Assembly (NCBI GenBank): GCA_027604505.1
Contig: JADIIX010000180.1
Coordinates: 1-36,791, forward strand
Reading direction: 5' to 3'
DNA length: 36,791 bases
Source of the DNA: Gonapodya sp. JEL0774
Lineage: Eukaryota
Numbering within the stretch: the first letter of the stretch is position 1; every line of letters starts with the position of its first letter. Under the pieces are notes generated by a model. The model was given only the letters and a program-made list of their open reading frames with translations, searched no databases and was not told where the DNA came from. Positions 19,504-31,600 of the stretch are shown piece by piece. A program made the position numbers and the translations under genes.

Positions 19504-22408
19504 ATGTCGGACGGGCGTGCCGGAGGTGATCCCTGAACACAGTGTTTCTCCGGATCACACTTGTCAACTTACCATCCACACCCCTCTACAACTCCAGATG
19601 GCTCCAAGGCAAGACGCCTGCGTTCCGACGAGTATACCGTTGGGTGGATATGCGCTCTGCCGACGGAGCTCGCGGCTGCCCGGGCAATGTTTGATGAGGA
19701 ATACCAACCACTCGACCGGGACATGAGGGACCCGAACATCTACTCTTTCGGACGGATGGGGGTTCACAATGTTGTCGTCGCTTGTCTTCCGGCCGGAAAT
19801 CGCGGGACAAACTCTGCCGCAGCGGTTGCGAACAACCTCGGCCGGACTTTCGATTCCCTCCAGTTCGGCCTCATGGTGGGCATCGGAGGCGGCGTTCCCA
19901 GCCCAGAAGCAGACATTCGTCTGGGAGACGTAGTTGTCAGTCAGCCCTTTGAAACCTACGGCGGCGTGGTGCAATACGACTTCGGGGAACACACTTGGGA
20001 GGGGTTCCGGCGAACGGGATATCTCAACAGTCCGCCGCGTTTGCTTCTCAATGCCGTTAGCCAACTTCAAGCCAATCATCTTGCTGGAGATATCCGCCTC
20101 GCGGAACACCTTGAGAAGCTTAGACGGCTTCCAGTCTTCCATCGCGAGAGTGCCGGTCCAGACATCTTATTCCATCCCACATACAATCACAAACGAGGGC
20201 TTTGGTGCGAATCGTGTAGAGTCGATATGCAGCTCCCTCGTCCCGCTCGATCTCATGTAGAGCCCGTGGTTCACTACGGTTTGATTGCATCCGGAAACCA
20301 GGACATGAAGGATGGGGTGCAGCGGGACAGGGTCAGCAAAGAGCTCGGAGGAGTCCTGTGTTTTGAAATGGAAGCGGCAGGACTTATGAATCATTTCCCA
20401 TGCCTCATCATCCGTGGTATCTCCGACTATGCGGACTCACACAAAAACACCAGGTGGCAAGGGTATTCAGCAGGCACAGCTGCAGCATGTGCCAAGGAAC
20501 TCCTGTTGATGATACCAAGGACTGATCCGGGAACACGAGGTACGCGCCTCTATTTTGCTGTCGTGCCTCGCACTGTATCATCCTTATCTGTTGTAACTAA
20601 ACTGATCACATCCTCACGGTCATTGATTCAACAGCCTACATCCCTTTTCCACGGAATCCCCGTTTTGTGGGCCGCACATCACAGCTCCAACAGCTGGCAC
20701 AGAAGCTGCTGCACAACGAGGAATGCCGGCAGATGGCGCTCGTCGGTCTCGGCGGAGTCGGGAAGACTCAAGTCGCTCTGGAGTTTGCTTACCAAGTGAA
20801 GCAAGAGCATGCCGAGAGAGGGCGCTCTGTGTTTTGGTTGCCCGCAGTCAGCATGGAAAGTTTCGAACAAGCATGCAGGGAAATTGCAAGAACACTGGGC
20901 ATACCTTCGGAAAAGGATGATGACATCAAGGTAGTGGTCAAGCAGCATCTGAGTACGAAGAAAGCCGGTGTCTGGCTCATCATCCTCGACAACGCAGACG
21001 ACATCGGGCTTCTGACTGGTTCCAAGGGATCTTGGGGTATTTTACACTACCTTCCGCAGAGCGAGGATGGGCTCTCTGTGTATACAACCCGCACTCGAGA
21101 TGTTCCCTTGTCACTTGGAGTGGCCAATGTTATTGATGTGGACGCCATGGACAAACAGGAAGCAAAAGAACTACTTCAAATGTCCCTCATGCGCAAGGAG
21201 CTGCTCAACGACGATGCAAGCGTGGACAAATTCCTGGACGAACTTACATATCTTCCATTGGCACTCTCTCAGGCAGCAGCATATCTCAACAAAATCGAGA
21301 AAATCTCTATTGCAGATTATCTCGGCATGCTGCAAAGCACACAGGTGGCCGACGTGCTGAGCAGGGAATTCGTCAACATCCAGCGTTACTCAGGATCGAG
21401 CAATGCTGTGGCAACAACGTGGCTGGTTTCATTCAACCAGATCCGCACAAACGATCTTCTAGCAGGGGATCTTCTGGCATTTATGTCGTGTATCGAGTCT
21501 AAGGCGATCCCTCGAGCTATCTTGCCTGCGTTGGAGTCAAGATTCAAAATGGAAGATGCTATTGGCACCCTTACTGACTACGCCTTTGTGTCGCCTCGGA
21601 AGGACCAGGACATGTACGACCTCCACCGGTTGGTGCATCTTGCGGCTGGAGACTGGCTCCGCATACAGGGCCTCACGGCAGAAAAGACAAGAGAAGCAAT
21701 CCAGCATATCGCGACAATTTTTCACACAGACAATTGGGACCAGAGGAATGTGTGGAGGGCGTACATCCCGCACGCCGTGAAAGTGCTGGGGAGCAGCGAA
21801 GGCAAGGAATTGGCGGAACGATACGAGCTTTGCCTGTGGATCGGGCGATGCTTGCAGACGGATGGCAGAGTGCCAGAAGCCGTGATGTGGCTCCAGAAAT
21901 GCGACATCGGAAGACGGGACGAGTTGAAACTGGCCAAGTACCACCCGGACCGTCTCACCTCGCAACTCAACCTCGCTTACGCATAGCAGGCAAACGGGCA
22001 GGTGGGCAAGGCCGTCACGCTACTGGAGCACGTCGTCGCCGTCCGTGAGCGAGTTTTGGCCGAGGACCACCCGGACCGTCCCGCCTCCCAGAACAACCTC
22101 GCTTCCGCGTACCAGGCCAATGGGCAGGTGGGCAAGGCCGTCACGCTGCTGGAGCACGTCGTCGAGTCCATGAGCAGGTTTTGGCTGAGGACCACCCGTC
22201 CCGTCTCACCTCGCAGGCCAGCCTCGCATACGTCAAACAGGCCATGGCGGGGGCGGCTCTCTCGGCAGAAGCGGGTGCGGTCAATGGTGGTGAGGATGCA
22301 CGGCATGGGAGTGTGAGGTCCACAGTGGGTGGTAGTGGAAGCCAAGTGGCGTCGGCGCCCACTTGGTGGCGGACCATCACCACATCGGAAGAAGAGCAAG
22401 AGGAGTGA
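19504..22408 (+). pseudogene. PNP_UDP (purine/uridine phosphorylase-like) - NB-ARC - TPR NLR; exons 19504-19525, 19598-20539, 20635-22408; nonsense codon at 21984-21986 and 1-nt deletion near 22165 in the TPR tail
   Basis: PNP_UDP motifs YTVGWICALPTE, LMVGIGGGVP, GDVVVS, CFEMEAAGL, IRGISDYADSHKN. Intron 20540-20634 restores AYIPFPRNPRFVGR. GLGGVGKT, WLIILDNAD, YLPLA, LHRLV follow. The first exon is less certain (GTGATC donor). It may still express a C-terminally truncated protein. Confidence 0.88.
21942..22235 (+). repeat. 126-bp (42-aa) TPR tandem repeats with high internal identity
   Basis: CACCCG (HP) anchors at 21942, 22068 and 22193 (spacing 126, then 125). QANGQVGKAVTLLEHVV occurs twice. 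Confidence 0.85.
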
Positions 22409-22892
22409 CGGTATGTTGCAGAGAATGTGGAACAAATTAATTTGGAAATAGGATGGTGTTTATGTTATGACATTTTCTTTTATGGAGGTATAACGTGTCT
22501 TCTTGCTGATGTTGTTATAATATGTGTTACATACTATTGTAGATTATGTAACGCACACGAACATACCTATTAGTCTTTCAATCTTTTCTCTCTCTCTTTC
22601 TCTCCCTAGTGTATGAATTCTAATGCAGGATGCTGGGTTTTGACCACACATGTATATAAGATAGAGAGCCTGTTCTTGGACACAGGATACCAGGATACGA
22701 TTAAATCGTTCAACCCACTGTCCCAGCGGACATCGGTACAGATGACGACAAAAATAGAGATAGGTGGGAAGGGAAGTAGAAGAAGAAAAGAAGAGGTGGT
22801 GGCCGCCGTCAGGCTGGACAAGCAGACCTTATCCTGACGTCCTCCCTATCCTAGTCCCTGTGGTATGCCACACCTCATCGCACAACGAGGTC

Positions 22893-23998
22893 CTATCCTG
22901 TCATCCTGCTTATCCTAGTTCTTGCGGTATGGCACACCACACCGGACGAAAACGTCGTATCCTGCCGTCCTCGCTCACCTTGGCCTGTGCACTCACTCGC
23001 CCCCAGCACAGGTCCTGTAAAATCTGACGAGTTCCAGTCCACCAAAAACGCAACGGCGGACGATACCTCGGAGACCGTTGTGATGGCGTGGAGTGCTCGG
23101 CACCGCGGAAACGTCGGCTTTTCGGCTCTCAGTTGCTGATATTCTCGCTCGTCCCGCTCTCCACGGATCTCCACTGTCACTACAACCCGAGATCGAATGT
23201 CGCTCGCAGGATAGCTACGATACGATGTACCAGTCTGATCCACAGCACTCCAGATTTTTCCATACCGCGCAATCAGCCCTGTACGGCGACCAGCACATTG
23301 AAGATGAGACTAGCTGTCCTTGGCTCTCTTTCCAATCGTAACATTCTGCATCTCTGCCCGAAGCGCGGTGAAGAAAATATGCAAAGTGTTCTCGTAGCCA
23401 TGTGGAAAAAGCGGTCCAAAAGAGCTCTCTGGTTGAGTGACCGCGATTTAAACGTCTTGTCTGCTGCCCGAAGACGCTCCTCTACACCGAAGAAGACGCA
23501 AGCGTCACGAGCGAGACAATCCAGCCTGTAAGATGCGATCGCAGTCATGCATCCCGTGTTTCCATCCTCGTCCAAAGTAGCCATTGCTCCCCTCTTGCCC
23601 ATTTTCATTGCCGGTGACGCGTCTGACGCGTCGTGGTCCCCACACGCGAGGGTGAGAGCTCGTTCCAATCCATCGCGGTCCTTCTTGCCGAGACCAGGTG
23701 GCCGTCCCCCGCTCTTGATGTTTTGAAAGAACGTTTGGTGCAAACCGTGACCGCGCTGTTTCAGGTCGCGACGAATCGACGAATGATTTCGAGCTACAGA
23801 GCAGGCAGCAGCCCGTTTGTCCTGAGGGAAACGAGGTGGTGAAATCAGTATTGGTGCTGGAGCAACGCTGAAACGTGTATAAATGCTCACTTGCGTGTCA
23901 ATTGAGATACTCTGGCCCTTTGATTCATCCTTGGACTTCCGGAGGTAGGCAACGAAGACGGGAAGACCGGGTAGGGGAGCTGTGGATGATGATGCCAT
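22893..23998 (-). pseudogene. Serine recombinase (resolvase-type catalytic domain) with a spliceosomal intron (23890-23822); frameshift near 23450, stop at 23312-23310
   Basis: VAYLRKS..Q.ISIDTQ (YxRxS nucleophile motif), KSGG...RDGLERAL, YRLDCLARD (LDRLxR with R->C). After the frameshift comes LHIFFTALRAEMQNVTIGKRAKDS*SHLQCAGRRTGLIARYG, resembling helix E and the G..G...YG linker. The intron is GTGAGC...ACTGAT...CCTCAG, phase 0. Confidence 0.75.
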
Positions 23999-24697
23999 CC
24001 GAGTTGAAAGCTGAGTACGCGACAGGAAGGATTGAAACCAAAAATACGAAGTCCATCACTGATGCAGGTGTGCCGGCGAAGTGGGACAACTTATTCGTGT
24101 GCAATTGACAGGTTCCCGATTGCCATGGTAAAAATAACAGACGCTACCTGCGGGAGAGGAAACAGCTCTTTCCCTAGGGGCTAGGGTGACAGCAGAAACC
24201 TGGCGCGGGACGCGATGAGATTGACAGGGTCAAGCATTGTTGGTCTGAGCGCGAGGGAAACGGTAGCGGGGCGCGCGGTTTCAGGTGCGATAGAAAAGAC
24301 GATGGACGGTCGTAGGAGTAAAGCGGAGACGAGAAGTTCGCGAGAAGATGGTGCGTTTTGTCAATATGATGTTGTTCGACGTTGATCCGCTGGGTGTACG
24401 TACATCCGTGGTTATTGTGTTCTGCTACTCGCCGAGTTGATCGTACATGTGTTTCATGTCGCATCCAGGGCTTGTAATACTTGTACGTCTACGCCGCCGC
24501 CCTCACCGCGAGTGATACGTTATGAAGTTCTCGTGTATCTTCCTCAGTGTTCCCTGAGGGAATTGGACTACAACAGTCCGTAAACTGTAACGACTTTCAA
24601 ATGTTATCACATGACACGCACACATCTGAAATAATGCACTGGCAATTTGAGAACCTGAATAAACTTATCACGAGCAAATCCTCCCTTTTTGGGACCC

Positions 24698-26012
24698 ATG
24701 TTGAAGGGGCTCATGGGCGCACTGACTTCTTTCGAGCATCCCAAACCCGTGAACCCGTTCCCATCGATATCCGAGATACCCCCTCCATCCATGGAGGATA
24801 CCATCATTGTGGACTCGGACTCTGAGATATCGCTGGAGGTTCGTTCGCCCATCTGCGCGTTCGGTTCAATCCCTGAATTCTGTTTATGTATCCACTCTGT
24901 CCCCTCTCACAATCACATGTGTTATTGCGAGAATAGTGGTACGAAAAGCAATGTTCCCCGATAATAGACTATACTGAACTCAGCTCCAGGCCAAGTTACA
25001 TTCAGCTCGAACTACCGACATGCAAGGAACGTTTGCGGGAGTTCGTCGCCCGTCGTGATAATGGAAAGAGGCGTCACCGTCGTACTTCCAGGAGCGCACC
25101 TCGATGTGTCAGTATCAACACCAGATCGTTTTTTCTGGGGTGCTCATCCGTTAGGCTTGGGTGTCCCTTCTATAGGTCAACGCCTTTCTGCTCTACCGTC
25201 GTGCCCTTGATGTGGATACCAGGTACTATGGAATCGACGAGATTCCCTTTGCTCAGAAGTCTCGAATGCTAGCGACATGGTGGAAAAACGAGACCAAAGA
25301 GGTGAAGCAGGTTTTTAGAAACCTCTATAAAGAAGCGAAGAAGTTATCGTGCGTATTTTGTTTTTTGACTGCATTGGTGTGTCATTTCCCTGCCCTTCAA
25401 CCTCTCACTTAACAGTGCCAGAATTACGGAAGGCGTGTCCTCAATTGCTAAAGACTCCCTCGAGATGCAAATTAAGGAAGAGGATGAAGATGGAAACCGC
25501 TTTTCAGAGTGAGCCTCAGAGATTCCGTACCACTCTATCTCTCTGACGTGCATAATGTCTCAGATATCATGATGTCGGAATTGACGTATCACCTCAGGAT
25601 GCTTTTGATTCAACTGAAAAGGAAGAAAAGGAGAAGAAAGAAGAGTGCAAGTTAGTATTGAGACGCCTTAACAGCACAGTGGGATCTGAGTTCGACGTGG
25701 TTTTCAGCTCCAGATGCGATGACTTCCACTTCGACAATTCATCTTATGATATCTTGCAACCTGAAATAAAATACGAGGACTACATGTGAGTATCTAATTC
25801 TTGCTATCTAGGTGAATTCTCACACACTTCGCAGTCCCGAAAGTGTCACCCAAGATGACTCAGTAGCTCCGGTTTCCAATGATGACCCAAACTTTAAACC
25901 AATATCTAACGCCTGCATAGGCATGTTACATGTGGAAGAAGTTCTTCCTCCCACCCTCCAAATGGAATTGGAAGGCAATCCATTTGAGATCTCATCAAAC
26001 CTGATTTCGTGA
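24698..26012 (+). CDS. MATA/SOX-TCF-type HMG-box transcription factor; exons 24698-24838, 24937-25107, 25176-25348, 25416-25508, 25564-25785, 25835-26012 (5' end uncertain)
   Basis: The spliced HMG box reads APRCVNAFLLYRRALD...IPFAQKSRMLATWWKNETKEVKQVFRNLYKEAKK. All five introns are GT-AG and frame-preserving. A basic stretch (KRRHRR) precedes the box and the C-terminus is acidic. Confidence 0.75.
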
Positions 26013-26108
26013 TCCATTCGCGACGTGTTTGAACCCGATGTTAAACATATTGTTTACGTTGAGTGGATTTGTTTTGCTGACTTTATGATTTACAAAGAGA
26101 ACAATTTA

Positions 26109-26188
26109 TTTCCTGTTTGTATGATGCGAGAAGTCCGTTCAAAATTTGTTTCCTGTGTACATGATGCGAGATGTCTGTTTGAACATTG
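26109..26188 (+). repeat. Imperfect 40-bp tandem repeat (2 copies)
   Basis: TTTCCTGTTTGTATGATGCGAGAAGTCCGTTCAAAATTTG / TTTCCTGTGTACATGATGCGAGATGTCTGTTTGAACATTG. Confidence 0.7.
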
Positions 26189-26491
26189 AGCCATACATTA
26201 CAGTTAACATGTTTTCCTATCTGAGAACGATGCGCTACACTCTGAATTTCTGTTCATTCTTTCCAATAATACTGCGTTCCATAATGGGAAACTCGTGTAA
26301 CAAGTTTCCCCTGGTACTCACTGTAAATCCAAGAGAAAGAAGCCCTGCGCATAGAAGCGGCAAGAGAAGAATACAGCAGAATATGAAAAAGAAGCAGCGT
26401 AGCTTGTTCATCAGGATTATCATGCTCATTACATTACATAACATTGTATGGGGAGAACGGAGTGTGGCTTTGGTGATGCCGCAGTTCACAA

Positions 26492-27161
26492 CAGGCCAAA
26501 CCCATCCCAGCCCAACGCGGCACACGGGAAACCTATCTCCTCCACAACCAGCAGTGCAATAACCCGTAGAAGTAAGAATTATGTAGCTATTAGTGTGTAG
26601 AATAGAACTCTTAAGCGGTATCCCGCCCCCGGCACTCCTGCAGGAGATGCAGTTTGAAATAGTACGGGAACCCACACTCGTTGCGCCGAGGGGTCGGGTA
26701 AATATATTTAGTTTAGCCGCTTCAATTATTTGCTGCAGAATATGAATACTCCGCAGTTTTGGGGGTATTTGGGTCTGCAGAAAACGATGGAGGGGTTGGA
26801 GAGTTTATCCGGCCTCGACAACAGGCTCCAGGTGGTGTCATCACCACCAATCACATGAGAATGAGCGTTGGTGTTATAATGCCAGTGCGCGTTGGTCGAC
26901 AAGAGGGTTATGCAGTCATGCACCGACCAACCAAACCCTCCTCCACCCCTCACACACACACATACACTCAACCAAGCTTTACACTCTGCTGCGGCTACGC
27001 CACAGCACGGGAACCCGGGTTGCGCTAGGGGTCAAAAGTAAAAGAATTGCGGCAAGTGATAGATAATTGCTGTGGCTTTCCAAAAATCTATATCTTGATT
27101 TTTCCCTGTGCGTATTGAGAGTTTTTCTCTAAATGGGTGTGATCCGGATGGGTTTGGCCTG
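26492..27161. mobile_element. Non-autonomous TIR element (MITE-like, possibly Tc1/mariner-pogo derived)
   Basis: Perfect inverted repeat ACAGGCCAAACCCATCC (26491-26507) / GGATGGGTTTGGCCTGT (27146-27162). The ends are CAG...CTG, with TA on the right and AA on the left. An internal motif ACGGGAACCC...GTTGCGC recurs. No transposase. Confidence 0.55.
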
Positions 27162-28630
27162 TAGCGTGACGGGCCCGGGAACAAATCTCTCTCTCTCTCC
27201 CCCACCCCCTTTCTCGCGCTTGAACAACATCGCGTCCCTTGCGCTTTCGAGAATACTGTGATTATTGTTTTCCAGCCTTTTGCTTTGCCTCAGAGCGTCA
27301 CTGTACTAGTTGCCAGCAAAATCGTAGCAATAGAGATAAACTCGCAGTCACTGTGATCGCCATCTGACAGCCTTTGCGAGGATTGGTGCAGGCCTCTCGT
27401 CGTCCTCTGAATCGTCATTCATCCTCTCTCTCGTCGTCCTTGTAACGATCTGTTTACTCGCTTTCACTGTCGACTGTGTCGACTCTGGAAGAGTCAGAGG
27501 AAGGACATACGGAAGACGAAGATGACGATGACACCAACCAAGACAGCAAAGGAAGTAGCCGGGAGTCTCTTTCTGGTGCCGCTAGCGGTTGGCGATCCAG
27601 ACCTTGCTAGGGGCCTTTGCTGCCACAGATGTCACTGCTTGCTTCTGTGCTCCACCGGCAGCCACTTGCCACGGTAGGCGTTAACTCTCTCTCTCGCTTC
27701 TTTCCCCTTCAACCACCTCCGATAAGCCTGTTCAGCACAGCCGGGAACCCACCTTCGATCTGCGTCAGAGCGGGCGACGTGAGTGATTTTGCAGGCGCGT
27801 TTGATGCCGTGGATTGCGCAGGCGAGCTCGGCGCGGTGATGGTTGCTGTGGAGATGGAGGTTGGAGAACTTGCGAGGCGGGGTCGGGGGAGGCCCACAGA
27901 TGGCGTGATCATGGATCCAACTGGTTGAGAAATCTCACGCAGCCACAAGATCTTTCCCTCACGTCATTCCACCAAACTCACTTGTCTCCCACCCAACACT
28001 CCCATCCCACTCGCCCTCGATCCCCGTCCACCACCCCGCATCCGCCCACCTCGCGTTCCACCTCCACTGGTCCCCGATCCTTCCAGCCTGGATCACCTGA
28101 TTCGCTGGTAGGGACATCCGTCTGGCCACAGTCGCCGACCAGGGCGGGCTTGCGCCGGAGATGAGGACTTTTGAGCTCCTGAGTGCGTTTGCAGGATGTA
28201 ACGCTGGAGACTAGGGGAGATGTTGAGAATGCTCCTGGGATAGTAGCTTGGGGTGATTGGGGTGGTTTGTACGGCGATGAATGTGGTGACAGAGGTGGGA
28301 GAAGCCCCGTTTGGCCTGAGCGAGGAGAAGTGAGCGCTCGAGGGAACCAAACCCTATCTGTGCACACACCGTAATCTAAATTCCCCCCGAATTCTCGGAA
28401 ATGGCGGGAACTCCTGTAACCCTCCTACCCTCCCCCTCCCCCTCCCCCTCCGTCTCCGTCTCCGTCTCCCTCTCCACCAGCGCCTTCCCCTCAGCAACCA
28501 CCTCCACCCACTTTGCTCACCACTCCCAACACCTCCCCTTCCCATATCCCCAGCCCCTCCTCCATCCGTTCCTCTCCCACTCAGCGAACACCCGATCCGC
28601 CGTGACGCCCAACTCGGCGAGTGAAGGAAT

Positions 28631-31600
28631 GCGTCGGGACCTCATTGGAGCGGAGGGAGTTGTGCGGAGACACTTTGCGATCGGGGTCGGTAGGATGTGG
28701 GAAGTAAGAGTAAGCGGGCGAGTGGGATGAACGAATGGGGGACCTGGGACGCGCACTACTCTTTGTCAGATCCTCACTTTATCCTTCTTGCTTGACATCT
28801 TCTCCTTCCTCCATTTTGTCGTCGAAGGGAGTGAGAAAGTTGCTGTGCATTGTTACAGAGGTGAACAGACAATGCAGACGTCGGTTTTTGGTAGGGGGTG
28901 GGGGAAGCGGGGAGCAGGTGCAGACGGACTTTACTTCTTGTTCCACGTATACCATGCTACGTCTGCTCTCTCCCATTGCACTGCATTTTCCATCTCATGT
29001 TTCCTTCCCACCTCCCCACTTCTCCACTCAGACCATTGCCGTGCGTCCCGGAATCATTGATTACCCCCCAGAAACCCCTGATAAGCCGTATCATTATTCT
29101 GCGTAACTAGCCCAAGTATCCTACCAGATGTATACTGCCCTGGAGTCTGCCGAGAGGAGGATAGATGGGATGCAAAGTGCGGAATTGAAAAACGGTGCGG
29201 GGTGGTGGGTATTTCACATATAAAGGTGTTGGATCTTCAAGATCACTTGGCAGTCGGCTGTTCTGAACGTATTTCTCCACCGCTTCTTGCCCCTCAACAT
29301 TCCACCCTCAATCTTACCTGCTGAAGCCTACAACACACCCCTGTCAGTGAATAAACTGGGACTGTGGTCCCTGGTACTTACTTATCCTTCTCGGCATCCA
29401 GTCCCGGATGACTAGTGCAGCCTCCACCATTCCTACGACTGACCTGCTCACATTGTTGCCAATGAATTTGGCACCTGCGGCTGCATGACGCCAGTCCTCA
29501 ATGATCCGACTACCTTACCGCTGGACTTCGGGTACCCCCACCTGCACACTAAATTCATTATAAAATCCTGATTGATTATGCTGTCGGAAGGAGAGAGACG
29601 GTGCCCATGAACAGAAGAGATAAGTTTCCATGGCTGCCGAAATTGAAAGAATGAAGAATCGCGGATATCAGATGAATCAAGAACGGCTTTAAATAAGGGA
29701 GGATGAAGAGAGTGTGAAGAGAGTGTGTGAAAGACGGAAAGGGAGGTCCTGAACTCCTTCATGACACAAGAGCGAAATCCCTAAACGGCAATCATGTATT
29801 GTTTGCCTTTCATCTCCTGATTTATTCCCTGATTCCACTGAAGAGAGCAAAGAAGAAGGCCACCCATTGTGACCATAATCCAGTGACAGTCAATCCACTT
29901 GGCCACACTGATGGCAGTCAGTCCAGATGAACTGGACCAGCAAGAAAAGCAATAAATATACGAACCAGAATAGATAGGAATAGATATCCAGATAGATTCA
30001 GCACACTCGTGTAGTCGTGTTCCAATGGCAATCCTCTGATTGAGCAACCAGCATGCCTTACGCATCCACCATCGGAGGCCACCAGCGTACACTAATAAAA
30101 TTAATGTATCACCAGGGCATTGACCGAATATATGAAGCAGAGTCCTGCTAGCCTCCTCAAGTGGATACTTGTCAGCTGCTGGCCATTGTTGGGTGTCAGC
30201 TGAGCGCACATCACCCGATCCTGGATGACGTGCTCCCAAAAGACATTGCCCATTCTTCAAGCCACCGAAAGTTATTGAAACTCATCCCTCTTGTGAATGA
30301 GTGTTCGAACACCGGAAAGCTCAACTCCACCCTATCCCAAAGGATAGAGTGATTGCTCTCAAAGGACAAAACCCCATCCTAAAGGACGGAGTGATATGCT
30401 CTCAGATGACAATACCCCATCCCAAAAGATGGAGTCATATGCTCTCAAATAATAATGCCTACTCTTCAAGTAAGGCAAAGCATGCTGTTGTGACTCATCA
30501 CTCCCGCTGGCTGAGCGCCTGTGCCTCCCCACGCCGACGCAGCCGTAACAGCGGAAGAAGCCGGGCTATCAACCGGACTCGGGTCTCTCTTGATGGCGAG
30601 ACTTGCCCGCGAAGATCAGCACAGCTCAGTGAGAGACCAGATGGTGATGTACCGGCGGCACGGATGAGGTGTGGTGTTGCCCGTTGGGGAGGGGTCGTGG
30701 GAGCGAGGGAGGGAGGGCGAGAAGAGAGAACGGGTGGGGTTCGGCTCGCGCGGACGTGATGTGGGATGTGCTTCGGTGGGGGAACATATCACTGGACGAT
30801 GAATGACACGACTACGGGCCCAAACGGCCGCGGGGAACTCACCAGCCGCCCCACCTTCTAAATCCTCCACATTGACATCATCCCGTCCAGAAGACCAAGC
30901 CCTCCACCCTCCTTGTTCGATTCAGACTCGGCCACAAACCCCAAAACCGAAGAGTCCAGCGAAGGGAATGGAAGTACGATGATACGGGGAACGGTGTTGG
31001 TCTGTGGAGCGGATATTCGACATCGTCCGTCTCAGGATACGTAAGAGGAGAATCTAAAAACCTATATCGGAGCAAAGAAAGTAACGTGGGAAATGAGTAC
31101 TTCCAATATCAGGTGTCAGCTCATCAGGAACAGTCGCACGTACCATCGTCCTACGAACCCCTCCTTGTCCCGGACCACACCATAGCGGAGAACCCACATA
31201 CCCATTCCCCGTTCCGTTGGCTTTGCTCCCATCCACCCCGTCCTCCTCCATCATGTTCACAATCCCGTTACTCCCGGCTCCCCTCTTCTTGCTCTGCTTC
31301 CTCCCCATCAGCTTCGCAAACGTCCACTAAAGAAAGTTATGTTTCGGGAGGGTAGAATGGGCGGGGTGGACGGTGGAGGCGGCTGTGGGTGGGCACAGGG
31401 GTCGCTGATCGTGCTGCTGCTCCAGCTCCAGACCCCCTAGACCCTTTCATCCGAGTCCGTCCCGTTTCCACACCGACATAACCCTCCGCACTCCTTTCCC
31501 TAACGCTAACGCTCGGCCTCGGCGCATCTTAGCCTCCCCAGTCTTCCCCACTCCCTCCGTCTCACCACCGGTCTCCTCCCCTATGATCTCGCTCCCATCC

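Noticed and set aside
17444..28630. TnpB/Fanzor nuclease expected beside a eukaryotic serine recombinase
   Set aside because: No RuvC or zinc-finger motifs were recognised in the ORFs around the recombinase, and it lacks the N-terminal HTH of IS607 TnpA. A degenerate or intron-split copy cannot be fully excluded.
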